A stretch of DNA of 64,000 nt from positions 1 through 64,000 of IMG/VR virus record IMGVR_UViG_2565956686_000002; one strand, written 5' to 3'. The number at the start of each line of letters is the position of its first letter. Position 1 is the first letter of the stretch. A model generated the notes under the pieces. It searched no databases, had not been told where the DNA came from, and worked only from the letters and a program-made list of their open reading frames with translations. Source of the stretch: a virus. Its lineage: Duplodnaviria > Caudoviricetes. A program made the position numbers and the translations under genes. This document shows positions 50,452 to 60,413 of this stretch, one piece after another.

Positions 50452-51387
50452 ATGGCTATTCAGTTTTATTTAACTAATGCAGGGAAAAACGCAGTTCTCA
50501 ATGCTGCTAGTATAGGTTTAAATGTTTCATTGAGGCATATCGCTATTGGTTCAGGTAAATATGATCCTTCAAATCCTATGTCATTAACCAATACGGCACT
50601 TGTATCTGAAATTGAGCGCTATCCTTTAAATGGAGGAAGTGTAGAGCCTAATTCTCAAACTTTAAGATTTATTGCAAATATTGAACCATCTCAAACAGCA
50701 GATGGTTATGAAATAGGGCTAATTACTGATCAGGGTGTTTTATTTGCTATTGCAGCTACAACTTTCAATACTCCATTAATTCGATTAGTTGCGAATATTG
50801 TTTCAATAATTTCGCTTGGAATGTTACTAACGAATATTGATATTTCAAATTTAAAGATAAGTATTGATCCATCTACGCCGATCATGGTCGCCTTAATGAA
50901 TCAGCACTTAGAACATAATAATCCACATCCTCAATATGCTCTTATTTCAGCATTAAAGAATGCATTAGACCGTATAGAAGTATTAGAAAATAGAATTGTA
51001 GAAGATATTAAAATTGGGGATATTTACGTAACAACGAACAATTTTGCTAATAGTGATGAAGTTGCAGCGCACAAAAAGTATGGAAAATGGGGACGAATTG
51101 CTGAAGGTAAGACCTTAGTCGGTTTGTCAACTAACCTAAGTGATCCTAGTTGGACAAGAATTGTTGGTACAGAATATGGTGAATATACACACAAGCTAAC
51201 AATTGATGAAATGCCAAAGCATGAGCATGAGTTCCCATCACAACAACAAGATAACTACGATAACTCAGCGGTAACTAATACGAGCGATAATGGGAATAGA
51301 TTTAAAACGAGTTCCGCTGGTGGAGATCAACCTCACAATAACGTTCAACCTTCTAAGGTTGTAGGTATGTGGCTACGAATAGCCTGA
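50452..51387 (+). CDS. Tail fibre/collar protein
   Basis: LTNAG, EIGLITDQGVLFA, NPHPQY, LTIDEMPKHEH, HNNVQP. Confidence 0.85.
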   Translation: MAIQFYLTNAGKNAVLNAASIGLNVSLRHIAIGSGKYDPSNPMSLTNTALVSEIERYPLNGGSVEPNSQTLRFIANIEPSQTADGYEIGLITDQGVLFAIAATTFNTPLIRLVANIVSIISLGMLLTNIDISNLKISIDPSTPIMVALMNQHLEHNNPHPQYALISALKNALDRIEVLENRIVEDIKIGDIYVTTNNFANSDEVAAHKKYGKWGRIAEGKTLVGLSTNLSDPSWTRIVGTEYGEYTHKLTIDEMPKHEHEFPSQQQDNYDNSAVTNTSDNGNRFKTSSAGGDQPHNNVQPSKVVGMWLRIA

Positions 51388-51422
51388 ACTCATTTAATTA
51401 CGTGTATTACAGGTAATCTACA

Positions 51423-51695
51423 ATGATTAATGAATATCGAAATGCGATCAGAGACCTAATCAATAAGAACATTCAGCAGGGAAAGCTGAATAGTCTTATT
51501 GTCTGGGATGTCAAATCAGATGAAGCACAAGATCCAACATTATTGAGCTTCAGGATTTATGGTTCACGTAATCACACAGATGTGATTCAGGTCGCTTGTG
51601 GTGTGTCTGGAATTTGGGAAAAGTTACCTGAAAAACGAATTGCAGTACCTTTAATCTCTGACGTAATGCGCTTACGCCGTGAATACCAGATGTAG
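51423..51695 (+). CDS. Tail X/LysM-like baseplate protein
   Basis: DPTLLSFRIYGS..VIQVACG. Confidence 0.5.
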   Translation: MINEYRNAIRDLINKNIQQGKLNSLIVWDVKSDEAQDPTLLSFRIYGSRNHTDVIQVACGVSGIWEKLPEKRIAVPLISDVMRLRREYQM

Positions 51696-51703
51696 GTGTC
51701 AGC

Positions 51704-52852
51704 ATGTCGAATAATGAAGTATTTCAAGATGCATACAATCAAATGCAAGAAGCACTTAAAAACGGCAAATTGCGTCGATATGCTAATAATCAGTTTAGTC
51801 GCAATGAATCGCAACGAAATAAGGAGTTTAATCGCGATTTTAAACGACCAGCTCCAAAGTTTCTAACCACTAATGATATTGATGATGTTAAGAACTATGA
51901 TGCAGGACAAATCCTAAGACTGACCCTTGGTAATCAAGGTGGCATCATTGAGTTGGATACTCAGGATTTACGTGCATTTAAGCAGAATATTGAATTTATT
52001 GAATCCCTATATAAAAAGAAGGGTAAAAAAGGTGTTGTTAGTAAAGGAATCACAGCCAAGCAAATTATTGATGCTAGTCATCCTGATGATGTAGATCGTG
52101 CAAATAAACAGATTTATATAGCTGCGCCATTAAGTCAAAAAAATGGTGTAGTTCATTTTTTAACAAATGCTGGTCCACAAAGCAAAGTTCAAAATCATCA
52201 TGTGCATGTTGAATTTCTTGCGTTTCAAAATTTAAAAAACACAATAGGATATACAGCACAAAATGCCAAAAACTTACTTAATTTTGGTCGATTAAAATTT
52301 GAATGTGATTGTGAGCGACATGATTTTTTTGGATATCGCTATATTGCAACGATTGGTGGTTATGGCTATGGTCGACCAGAACATGGCTATCCCAAAATCC
52401 GTAACGAGCTTTTAGTTGGCGTTGCATGTAAGCATGTATTGCGTGTAATGGACTATATTCGCTCACCAATGGGTATTGCTTATATATCAAAACAAATAGA
52501 AAAGGCGCGAATTAAGAAAACAACAAAACAAGATGAAGAACGTCAATATTCAACCGATGTACAGATTCAAGATCAGCTTGATCAACAAGGTAGCCCTCGA
52601 ACAATCAAAGCAGATCATGCTGCTGCTGAGCGGCGAATGATGCGTAAATCACAAGAGATGGCAAAAAAACATTGGGCTAAGGATTTAAAAGAACTCAAAA
52701 AACTCACTGATAAATTATCTGATGTTACTGATATGCAATCCAAGCAGTTACAAGCAAGGCAGCAAGCTTTAGGAAAAGGGTTATCTGAACAAGAACTTGT
52801 AGCAGTAGAGGCATACATTACAAACATGATGGCTCAACGAGGTAAAAACTAA
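51704..52852 (+). CDS. SWIM Zn-finger morphogenesis protein (P1 Pmg-like)
   Basis: FECDC..YRYIAT..PKIRN..VACKHV. Confidence 0.6.
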   Translation: MSNNEVFQDAYNQMQEALKNGKLRRYANNQFSRNESQRNKEFNRDFKRPAPKFLTTNDIDDVKNYDAGQILRLTLGNQGGIIELDTQDLRAFKQNIEFIESLYKKKGKKGVVSKGITAKQIIDASHPDDVDRANKQIYIAAPLSQKNGVVHFLTNAGPQSKVQNHHVHVEFLAFQNLKNTIGYTAQNAKNLLNFGRLKFECDCERHDFFGYRYIATIGGYGYGRPEHGYPKIRNELLVGVACKHVLRVMDYIRSPMGIAYISKQIEKARIKKTTKQDEERQYSTDVQIQDQLDQQGSPRTIKADHAAAERRMMRKSQEMAKKHWAKDLKELKKLTDKLSDVTDMQSKQLQARQQALGKGLSEQELVAVEAYITNMMAQRGKN

Positions 52853-53724
52853 TGCTAAATAGTGCAGTCAATCGAGTAGCAAATGGCCGTCATTTAGCTG
52901 CAAGACGTGTTGTCATGAATACGCTAGGGAGTATTCCAAGCCAAGTATGGCGTAAGCGAATTGTGTATAGCAATCCAGCAGATGCTGGTCTACCTGTAGA
53001 TCCGCTTTCATTCGAAGCGAATGCCTTATCAATCCAAGATGAACCCAATTATGAATATGATCATTTAGGTTTTGCCTATGTTCTTGCAGACAAGTTTAAC
53101 GGGGGGATGATTCATAAAAATAACAGTATGAATAACCCAAGTGATTTGACCTTAATTGTTCAAATTGCTGCTTACAATGCTGATTTAGATACTTTGACAG
53201 AGCAGATTAATGAGATACCAGATACGCAATTTCAAGAGGGTGATTTGCTGGCTTTGATGATCTATGAAGGATTCATTGTATGGTTTGAAATCGTTGGAAT
53301 TACTGGGCAAACCTTGATGTCAGACTTTGGTAAAAAGTATGTTTTAAACCGCCGTGATGAGTTAGGTATTGATCCGATTCAGAGCGAAGTAGAGTTAAGG
53401 GTGGCCATCAAAGTGTTAAGAGATCTAATAGAGTTCAGACGAGGCGAAGTTTTTAACACAGGAATTAGCTTTACTGACAAAGAAAATAATCAAAGTCTTG
53501 AACTTACTGATGATATGCAGATCACAGCTCAAGTGAAATCAAATGCTGGTCAACTGATTGCTACGTTGGATGTTCAAAAAGATAGTGATCAAATCGGGCG
53601 TGTTTGGGTGGAATCAATAGCAGATAGTAGCCAATGGCCGTTAGATTATGCCCAGTTAGAAGTCACAATTAAGCAAAATGATGTCGTCATAGGCGAACAT
53701 ATATTGCCTTTCAAAGTGGTGTAA
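52852..53724 (+). CDS. Virion structural protein
   Basis: Coupled; C-terminal beta-sandwich-like FRRGEVF..ITAQVK. Confidence 0.55.
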   Translation: MLNSAVNRVANGRHLAARRVVMNTLGSIPSQVWRKRIVYSNPADAGLPVDPLSFEANALSIQDEPNYEYDHLGFAYVLADKFNGGMIHKNNSMNNPSDLTLIVQIAAYNADLDTLTEQINEIPDTQFQEGDLLALMIYEGFIVWFEIVGITGQTLMSDFGKKYVLNRRDELGIDPIQSEVELRVAIKVLRDLIEFRRGEVFNTGISFTDKENNQSLELTDDMQITAQVKSNAGQLIATLDVQKDSDQIGRVWVESIADSSQWPLDYAQLEVTIKQNDVVIGEHILPFKVV

Positions 53725-53726
53725 CC

Positions 53727-54959
53727 ATGAAAACAGCAGCTCATATTAATTTATCTGGTGATCGTCCGAATCGTTGGGGGGCAGTGAAAGGCAATTTATC
53801 TGATCAGACAGATTTAAAGGAAGCCTTACAAGGCAAAACAGGTCAAGAAGAAACAACTGCATTAGCTGAAAACTTAAATCAAGTACAAGCTTTGGCTCAA
53901 ACGAACGAGCTAAAAATTGGTACAAAAGCAGATCAAATTGATTTAGAAACGACACAAGTTCAAATTGAAAATAATCGTTTAGCTATACTCACGAAAGCTG
54001 ATATTCAAGCTTTAGCGTTACTGACTCAATTAGTTGATACAAAAGCAGATCAAGCATATGTTAATCAGCAGATTGCTGATCTAGTTGGGTCAGCTCCAGA
54101 AGCTTTAAACACAGTTTACGAGCTTGCAGCTGCTATACAAAATAATCAAAGCATAATTGATACACTCAATCTATCAGTAGCGAATCGCATTCGATTTGAT
54201 ATTGCGACGCAAGCGCTAACTGAACTTCAAAAGCAAAATGCGCGTACAAATATTGGTGCAGAAAAGCTTGGGACAGCTCAGGAACTGGTTAGTCAAATCA
54301 CAGCACAAAGCTTAGGCGCAGCTACAGCTGCCCAAGGTTCAAAAGCTGATAGTGCTTTACAGAGTGCAGATGTCGCAACAGTCGCATTAACAGGGCTATT
54401 TTCCAGCTTAGCAAGTCAAAACAAAATCTTTGATGTGATATTCAATACTTACGCCTTAGGTTCGAATGCTGAAATATCTGCTTCGGATACGCTTGGGCAA
54501 ATGCTTGGAAAAATCCAAGCACAAATTAAGAATATAGGGAATGGAAGCAGTGGTTTTAATTGGGTCAATGCGGATCAAATATCTGGACTCACTTTGACGG
54601 CACCGGTTCAGCACAGATCATTAAAATTTGCAAAAAAAGATGGGATGCTTTGGATTTGTGGCTGCTTATATGTTTCAGGTACAACGCAGCCATCAACTAA
54701 GTTTTTCAATATTTCAAATGCTGGCTATATGGTTGAACAACACTTGACTAATATTTTTGGAGCTGAGTCACAAGTTGCAGTATGCAACGCTAATATTTAT
54801 TGGAGTAATCCAGGTAATGCTCCTACTAACACAAATTCATTGGCAATGTTCTATGTGTTAAATACTGACTTATATTTAAAGCTGCCCGTTACATTTAATT
54901 CATTTGGTGGATGGATTGCATTTAATCCAACCCCAATTGGGCGTTTAGTTAATCCTTAA
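53727..54959 (+). CDS. Tail fibre/receptor-binding protein
   Basis: WGAVKGNLSDQTDL, TKAD repeats, LVGSAPEALNT..ELAAA, QNARTNIGA. Confidence 0.75.
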   Translation: MKTAAHINLSGDRPNRWGAVKGNLSDQTDLKEALQGKTGQEETTALAENLNQVQALAQTNELKIGTKADQIDLETTQVQIENNRLAILTKADIQALALLTQLVDTKADQAYVNQQIADLVGSAPEALNTVYELAAAIQNNQSIIDTLNLSVANRIRFDIATQALTELQKQNARTNIGAEKLGTAQELVSQITAQSLGAATAAQGSKADSALQSADVATVALTGLFSSLASQNKIFDVIFNTYALGSNAEISASDTLGQMLGKIQAQIKNIGNGSSGFNWVNADQISGLTLTAPVQHRSLKFAKKDGMLWICGCLYVSGTTQPSTKFFNISNAGYMVEQHLTNIFGAESQVAVCNANIYWSNPGNAPTNTNSLAMFYVLNTDLYLKLPVTFNSFGGWIAFNPTPIGRLVNP

Positions 54960-54966
54960 TAGTGTT

Positions 54967-55007
54967 TCGGAACTGATAAGAATAAAATTAGATTTTTCTT
55001 TGAAAAT
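54967..55007 (+). promoter_or_regulatory. Putative late promoter
   Basis: TCGGAAC-N28-GAAAAT. Confidence 0.6.
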
Positions 55008-55040
55008 ATCCATATCAAATCGTTTGAAGTAATAAAGACA

Positions 55041-55343
55041 ATGACCTATTTAGTTTTCAATGAAACAGGGAAAAGTACAGGTGATAAGGAAATGGTTGGA
55101 CAATGTACGTCAGCCATTTTTAATTACCAGGTGCTTGGTGCTGGTGCAGTGGTTGATTTTTTCGGTAGTAATCATCCTAGTCCAAGTATTGATAATGAGG
55201 AACACTGGTCCCCAATAGTAACAATTACCGCAGGTGTTCCAGATACGGAACCTTTTCGGCAACATGCGTGGGATAAATTGCGATTTGTCGTCATGGCTGG
55301 TACCGATGTAGAAATTTATGTTTCTAGTGGTGTGTCTGGATAA
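55041..55343 (+). CDS. Small beta-rich virion protein
   Basis: Monocistronic; terminator ~55366-55393. Confidence 0.6.
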   Translation: MTYLVFNETGKSTGDKEMVGQCTSAIFNYQVLGAGAVVDFFGSNHPSPSIDNEEHWSPIVTITAGVPDTEPFRQHAWDKLRFVVMAGTDVEIYVSSGVSG

Positions 55344-55418
55344 TCAACAAATTACTACTTATATGAGTCCATCAATCATGATGGACTTTTTTTATTTTTA
55401 TCATTTCTTAATTTGCTA

Positions 55419-55459
55419 TTGGAACTCCATAAATTCGACATTTTTCAACATGCGAAATT
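55419..55459 (+). promoter_or_regulatory. Putative late promoter
   Basis: TTGGAAC-N28-GAAATT. Confidence 0.65.
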
Positions 55460-55500
55460 AGGTTATCAATTTTCAAAAACCTATTTCAAAGGTGAAAAAA

Positions 55501-57264
55501 ATGTCAGTTTTATCTGATCCTCAAAGTGCACTTTATCAAGCGCAATTAGCAGCTACTACACAATGCCAAAACTATTTTTATAAAAATGGTGAAGCTGGTT
55601 TTGACAGTGTGAATCATATGGCTGAGACTCGACCAACTGCATTAAATGAAATTTTAAATATTGTTGGCTTTGATAGTGCAGCAGATGTTGATAATGCGAT
55701 TAAAGTTGGACTCTCACAATATCAATATTGTCATGGTGGTGATTTACCACATGCATCCGTGTTGGCCACTGCTTTAGATGCTGGTTTATGCATGGCAAAA
55801 AAAGTAAGCGGTTTTACTGGTACACATAAACAAAATCTTGAACAATTAGAATCAGGATTCGATGATGTAAGTAATACACATCATGAGTCTGTCAGTATTG
55901 TGCCAGCTATGACCGTTGCAACGATTGCAACGTTAATTGCCTTTGCTTCTCCCATTATTGCCTATATTCCGAATAGCAATGGTTCGAATGAAGTGCCGAT
56001 TGTTGCAGCGCGATTTACTACTGATCGTGCTTTTGGTGCGATGGCAAAAGGTGAGTATTTGGATGGTGTAAATGCATCTAAACCATACTCTGAAGGTCGT
56101 TTCCGTTTTGTGTTGGATAATGGTGGTGCAGGTACAACCTATTCAACAACTGCACGTACAAAATATGCGAATTATGCAGATAAAACACCAGACGTAAATG
56201 CACCATTATTACCTTTTATCGGTGGCAGTATCTCGATTCGCATCAACGGGAAAGAAGTTGCGCACACACGTAACCGCAGTAAGTCGAAATTGGCTGGTCA
56301 AATTTCTGCAATTACTGAGAAATCAGCAAAAATCGCAGGTGCTGAATATAGCGTGACTGCAAGTACAATTAACTTGGATGACAGCACAATCTCAGTAACC
56401 TTCAACCAAGCATTGCCGAATGGTGTAAAAGCGGAAGTGTTCTTGGTCGCTGATTATGAAGCGAAAGACGTAAATAATAAGTTTAAGCTTGATCCTGTTG
56501 GTATCAGTATTTCGCCTGAATATGAAACGATGGTGAGTTCACCAATTGTCACTCAAATCCATGCATCAAAATTATTAGTGAATCAGATCACTAATGAGTT
56601 GAATATCGGCTTTGTTGGAACCGCATTGTCATTAATGCAAGGCAAAATTTATCTTGAGCAAACAGTGCGACTACTTGGCGAAGGCAAAGAACGTGCACAA
56701 TACAATGATCGTGAATTTACGTTCGATGCAAGCCGTGGTGTTGCTGGTAATTTAGCTGCTGCATATAACACTTCGGGGGACTTGTTTGGCGAGCTAATGA
56801 AGTATATTGAAGCTGCAAAAATTGGGATTGTACAAGATTCAGGTGGTGCAACCGTAGGCTTTGATTTGTACGTCGGTGATAGTGCAAAAGTGTTCTTTGC
56901 TCAATTATCGGCTGACAAAATGCCAGTCAAAACAGGTGCCACGGCTGGTCATGGTCAAATCGTGCGAATTGGTACTTTAGCTGATGGTACCAACGTTTAT
57001 CATTTGCCAACCTCTGCTGGTGTTCTGGTTGAATCTGATCAAACTTTTGAGATGGAGTTAGTTGGTCGTGGCAGTGAACCTGTACGCAATCCGCTTGTCG
57101 GCTTCATTGAAATGCCATTAACCGTGAGTGAGGCAACGCCTGATCCGCGTGAAAGCTTACTTGCTTTGATCGGTTCTCAAGCTGCTGAATTAAATCCACT
57201 CGACCGTTATGCAGATCAGTTTGCATTACTCAAAGCAATCAATATGCCACGATTAAAAAGTTAA
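55501..57264 (+). CDS. Major capsid protein (P1 gp23-like)
   Basis: YCHGGDLPHASVLA, AFGAMAKGEYLD..PYSEGRFRFVL, IVRIGTLADGTNVYH; size and strong terminator. Confidence 0.75.
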   Translation: MSVLSDPQSALYQAQLAATTQCQNYFYKNGEAGFDSVNHMAETRPTALNEILNIVGFDSAADVDNAIKVGLSQYQYCHGGDLPHASVLATALDAGLCMAKKVSGFTGTHKQNLEQLESGFDDVSNTHHESVSIVPAMTVATIATLIAFASPIIAYIPNSNGSNEVPIVAARFTTDRAFGAMAKGEYLDGVNASKPYSEGRFRFVLDNGGAGTTYSTTARTKYANYADKTPDVNAPLLPFIGGSISIRINGKEVAHTRNRSKSKLAGQISAITEKSAKIAGAEYSVTASTINLDDSTISVTFNQALPNGVKAEVFLVADYEAKDVNNKFKLDPVGISISPEYETMVSSPIVTQIHASKLLVNQITNELNIGFVGTALSLMQGKIYLEQTVRLLGEGKERAQYNDREFTFDASRGVAGNLAAAYNTSGDLFGELMKYIEAAKIGIVQDSGGATVGFDLYVGDSAKVFFAQLSADKMPVKTGATAGHGQIVRIGTLADGTNVYHLPTSAGVLVESDQTFEMELVGRGSEPVRNPLVGFIEMPLTVSEATPDPRESLLALIGSQAAELNPLDRYADQFALLKAINMPRLKS

Positions 57265-57270
57265 TCGTAT

Positions 57271-57305
57271 ATGACAAAGGCGCTTAAGTGCGCCTTTGTC
57301 ATTTC
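57271..57305 (+). terminator. Hairpin terminator
   Basis: ATGACAAAGGCGC-TTAAGT-GCGCCTTTGTCAT. Confidence 0.75.
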
Positions 57306-57336
57306 TATCTAATTTATAACAAAATGGTGAAATACG

Positions 57337-57912
57337 ATGGCTGATGTAAATGAAGTAAAACCAAAACAACGTAGTCAAAAACCAAAAGCAGTTGAACCAG
57401 TTCAACAGGTTGCTAATCAAAATACATCTAATGGAGAAAATACTCCAAAAGACACTGATATTGATGTGAAAGACAATGCAGCTAAAACGGAAGACGCAAA
57501 TTCTAATAGTGAAGCTGCAAAAGCAGAAACATCATCTTCACAGGCTGAAATTCAGCAAGTAGAGCAAAAAAAAGAAGCTGGTGAAAGTTCAGACGCAAAT
57601 GCTTCCGAATTAAATCAAGATCCTAATAAAGATGCTACGCCGTCTACTGAATCTGATCCAAAGCCTAACAACGAAAATATTGTTGTAGAAAAAGCAGCCA
57701 CTCCAGAATTAACTGAACCTAAAGGATTGGTTATCGAAGTTAAAAACAGTGGTGTCAAATCGGTTTATGAACCGCTTACAAAGACATCAATTAATGCAGG
57801 TCAGACGGTTCAAATTGCCTGTGCAAATTTAATGGTAAAGCAGGGTGTGCTTAATAACATTAAGCAATTTAAAGACCTTGGCAAAAACTTAGAGGTTTTA
57901 AGCAATGACTGA
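57337..57912 (+). CDS. Hypothetical protein with low-complexity N-terminus
   Basis: C-terminal VYEPLT..NNIKQF module. Confidence 0.65.
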   Translation: MADVNEVKPKQRSQKPKAVEPVQQVANQNTSNGENTPKDTDIDVKDNAAKTEDANSNSEAAKAETSSSQAEIQQVEQKKEAGESSDANASELNQDPNKDATPSTESDPKPNNENIVVEKAATPELTEPKGLVIEVKNSGVKSVYEPLTKTSINAGQTVQIACANLMVKQGVLNNIKQFKDLGKNLEVLSND

Positions 57913-58171
57913 GTTCAATGGAACAAATCCGCTTCTTGATGCGTTAGGTGATCAGCCTACAATTCGAGATGTCACAATCAACAACAATACCAGCTTCAAA
58001 ATCGTTGAGCCGTTGACTGGTTTACAGATTCAAACTGAGACTATTGTTCGGGTGCATGGTGAAGTTGCATTTCAGCAAATTCAAAACAATATTGTCCAGC
58101 TCAATGAACTTAAACAAGAAGAAGCAGTCACGAGCACAGACGTTATTGTGAATGAGGAAACTGCTCAATAG
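57905..58171 (+). CDS. Hypothetical protein, paralog of preceding C-terminal domain
   Basis: IVEPLT..NNIVQL. Confidence 0.65.
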   Translation: MTEFNGTNPLLDALGDQPTIRDVTINNNTSFKIVEPLTGLQIQTETIVRVHGEVAFQQIQNNIVQLNELKQEEAVTSTDVIVNEETAQ

Positions 58172-58174
58172 ACA

Positions 58175-58705
58175 TTGACCAACTGCGCGATTTCAAATGG
58201 TGTGCTGAGCTATACGGGAGGCTTAGCACTTGAAGAAGGGAATACGTCTGCTGAACTGTTACCTTCTCTATTTGCAACAAAGCCTTTTAATGCTGGTGAG
58301 GAATTACAATTTACTGTAAATCCAAATACGACAAAGAAATTACTGATTGCATTTGATTTAGGTCCGAAAATCGGTGAGTTTAGTGATGGATCTGCTGTTG
58401 TAAAAGAGCGCCCTGATATTCAGAGAATTCAGTTGTTTAGTGGCCGATCTGCACCACAAGGCAATATTGATACAACAGCTTTAACAAGTAGTTATATTGT
58501 TGGAATGAAATTGCTCACTGATAAGCAGGCATTGCTCACAATCAAAGATGCTAGTACAGAACAAGAATTGGCTAGTTTAATTGTTGAAGCACCAAATTTC
58601 TGGGCTGGACATTTTACCCGAATTTGGATTTATGCAGAACTTGAAAACATTGAATCTGTATTTAGTTTACCTTTTGCGGTTCCGAATTCGAATTCTGGAA
58701 AATAA
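58175..58705 (+). CDS. Hypothetical beta-rich protein
   Basis: TTG start, uncertain; terminator 58722-58746 follows. Confidence 0.5.
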   Translation: MTNCAISNGVLSYTGGLALEEGNTSAELLPSLFATKPFNAGEELQFTVNPNTTKKLLIAFDLGPKIGEFSDGSAVVKERPDIQRIQLFSGRSAPQGNIDTTALTSSYIVGMKLLTDKQALLTIKDASTEQELASLIVEAPNFWAGHFTRIWIYAELENIESVFSLPFAVPNSNSGK

Positions 58706-58747
58706 CATTCTGCGAAATTGAAAACTCTGCTTATGCAGAGTTTTTTA

Positions 58748-58788
58748 TTGGAACATTCAAAAATCTGAATTTTGGCAAAGCGCAAAAT
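58748..58788 (+). promoter_or_regulatory. Putative late promoter
   Basis: TTGGAAC-N28-CAAAAT immediately after terminator. Confidence 0.7.
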
Positions 58789-58818
58789 AACTAAAACGTT
58801 TAGCCAAAGGCAAACAAA

Positions 58819-59106
58819 GTGAACACAACAAAGATATTAGGTGAGGCTGTTGGCATACAAAGCCAAGGCACAGTAGATAAGACCGAAACACAAACTAAAG
58901 AAGGGCTAACCTCAGCCTTAATTGTTGGTCGATTTAAGCGTGGTCGAGTAGATAAGCCAATGACCATCCATCAAGGTAATATTCGCGGTCAATTGGGCTA
59001 TGAGCCAACAAATATTGATTATCAAGCTGTACAGGATTGCTTAGATACTGGTGTGCCAAGTATCCAAGTTTTACGTGTCGGGCCAACTTTAGATATGCCA
59101 GGTTAA
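58819..59106 (+). CDS. Tail sheath N-terminal domain protein
   Basis: LGEAVGI..IVGRFKRGRVDKP..QLG..IQVLRV. Confidence 0.65.
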   Translation: MNTTKILGEAVGIQSQGTVDKTETQTKEGLTSALIVGRFKRGRVDKPMTIHQGNIRGQLGYEPTNIDYQAVQDCLDTGVPSIQVLRVGPTLDMPG

Positions 59107-59116
59107 TGGAGCCATT

Positions 59117-60400
59117 ATGACAAATTTAAAATTAACCAGTAATGGAGCTTTGATACTGGGTGGCAATGGCGCTGCGGTATTAAGCTTGTTTTTTGATACC
59201 TATAGTTATCTAAAAGATACAGATATTGAAGTCGCATTTTTTAGTAAAGTCACTACGCCGACTTCACTATTAGACATCACCATGCGTTTGCGAATCATCG
59301 ATTCAACCACTGGTGATGAAGTGATTAAAATTCAGGGTGTCGTTGATGGGGATCCTGAAAATCCAGCAACGATTATTGCGGTTGCAGACGCTACTGAACA
59401 ATTTGAACAATTTGAATTGCATATCAATGATGCTTTAAGTGCAATTTTATTGAGTAGTGCATTCAATCCAGTGAATAGTTTAGGACGTAAGACTGAGATT
59501 CTATCGTTACCAGATGAAGAACCAGACACTTTTAACGCTGATCAAACTTATACACTGATTACCAATTTAGTGGATAAGCCAGCTTATTTAGCATTGCCAA
59601 CTGTCATTGAAATAGATGTATACGTGGCCTTATTACGTGTGGCTGAAAAATTAAATATTCCACTCGATGTTGAGGTTGACTCAACTATGACAGCGGAACA
59701 AGTCGCTCTATTTGCTGAAAGTTTAGATGCCCAAACACATCAAGTTCAATTGATTTGGTCGCCGAATATATGCCGTCCACGAGATGCCATTTCATTACGG
59801 GGACGTAAAATTCCAGCTCGGTACATTGGTCAATACATTGGTGACAAGCTGCTGCGTAATGCTCGAACGAATGCTCAAGGTTTTGCACCTATTCATTATG
59901 CCGTCGCTTGGAAAGACTATCCTTTTAAGAAAAAGGCTTTAGAGCTTCGTCCAGATGTTGTCCTCGATGAACCAACTTTGGAAATGCTTGCTCAAGCAAA
60001 AGTGAATGTCGTTCGTCCAATTAAGTTTGAGCGTGTCTTGTATGTCTTAAGTGATGTGCTTACTCAGCGTCAAAGTAAAAATAGTGCATTGCGCTTGGTG
60101 AATGCTGCTGAAATTGCTATGCGCACCAAAAATGATGTTGTCGACATTCTAAAGAATCATATGTTGAAACCAACTGAAGATTATTTAGATAAAGCGAGTA
60201 AGGAAATAGACAAATATTTGTCTGACGCTGCGACTTCGGGCTGGTTAAAACCTGCTGAAGATTTGGATGGAAAACCTTTCGCATTCAGCTTAATTCCTGA
60301 CAAAGATTATCCATTTGAACGAGTTCGTTTGTATTTGGCACGCCGTCCAGAAGGCGCGACCCGTGCTGTGATCTTTGATGAAGATGTATTAGTTAAATAA
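59117..60400 (+). CDS. Tail sheath protein, main body (P1 gp22-like)
   Basis: APIHYAVA, LAQAKVNVV, SALRLVN, RRPEGATR; GGAG RBS. Confidence 0.7.
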   Translation: MTNLKLTSNGALILGGNGAAVLSLFFDTYSYLKDTDIEVAFFSKVTTPTSLLDITMRLRIIDSTTGDEVIKIQGVVDGDPENPATIIAVADATEQFEQFELHINDALSAILLSSAFNPVNSLGRKTEILSLPDEEPDTFNADQTYTLITNLVDKPAYLALPTVIEIDVYVALLRVAEKLNIPLDVEVDSTMTAEQVALFAESLDAQTHQVQLIWSPNICRPRDAISLRGRKIPARYIGQYIGDKLLRNARTNAQGFAPIHYAVAWKDYPFKKKALELRPDVVLDEPTLEMLAQAKVNVVRPIKFERVLYVLSDVLTQRQSKNSALRLVNAAEIAMRTKNDVVDILKNHMLKPTEDYLDKASKEIDKYLSDAATSGWLKPAEDLDGKPFAFSLIPDKDYPFERVRLYLARRPEGATRAVIFDEDVLVK

Positions 60401-60413
60401 ATAGGTGATAACA

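Noticed and set aside
51479-51485. Third in-frame G-GGA-AAG, in 51423..51695
   Set aside because: The -1 frame stops after two codons at about residue 23, there is no SD-like stimulator and no domain boundary; probably chance, and a reminder that the heptamer alone is weak evidence
50452-54959. DGR or invertible tail-fibre cassette as in P1 Cin
   Set aside because: No reverse transcriptase, invertase, inverted fibre copy or template/variable repeat pair seen in the window
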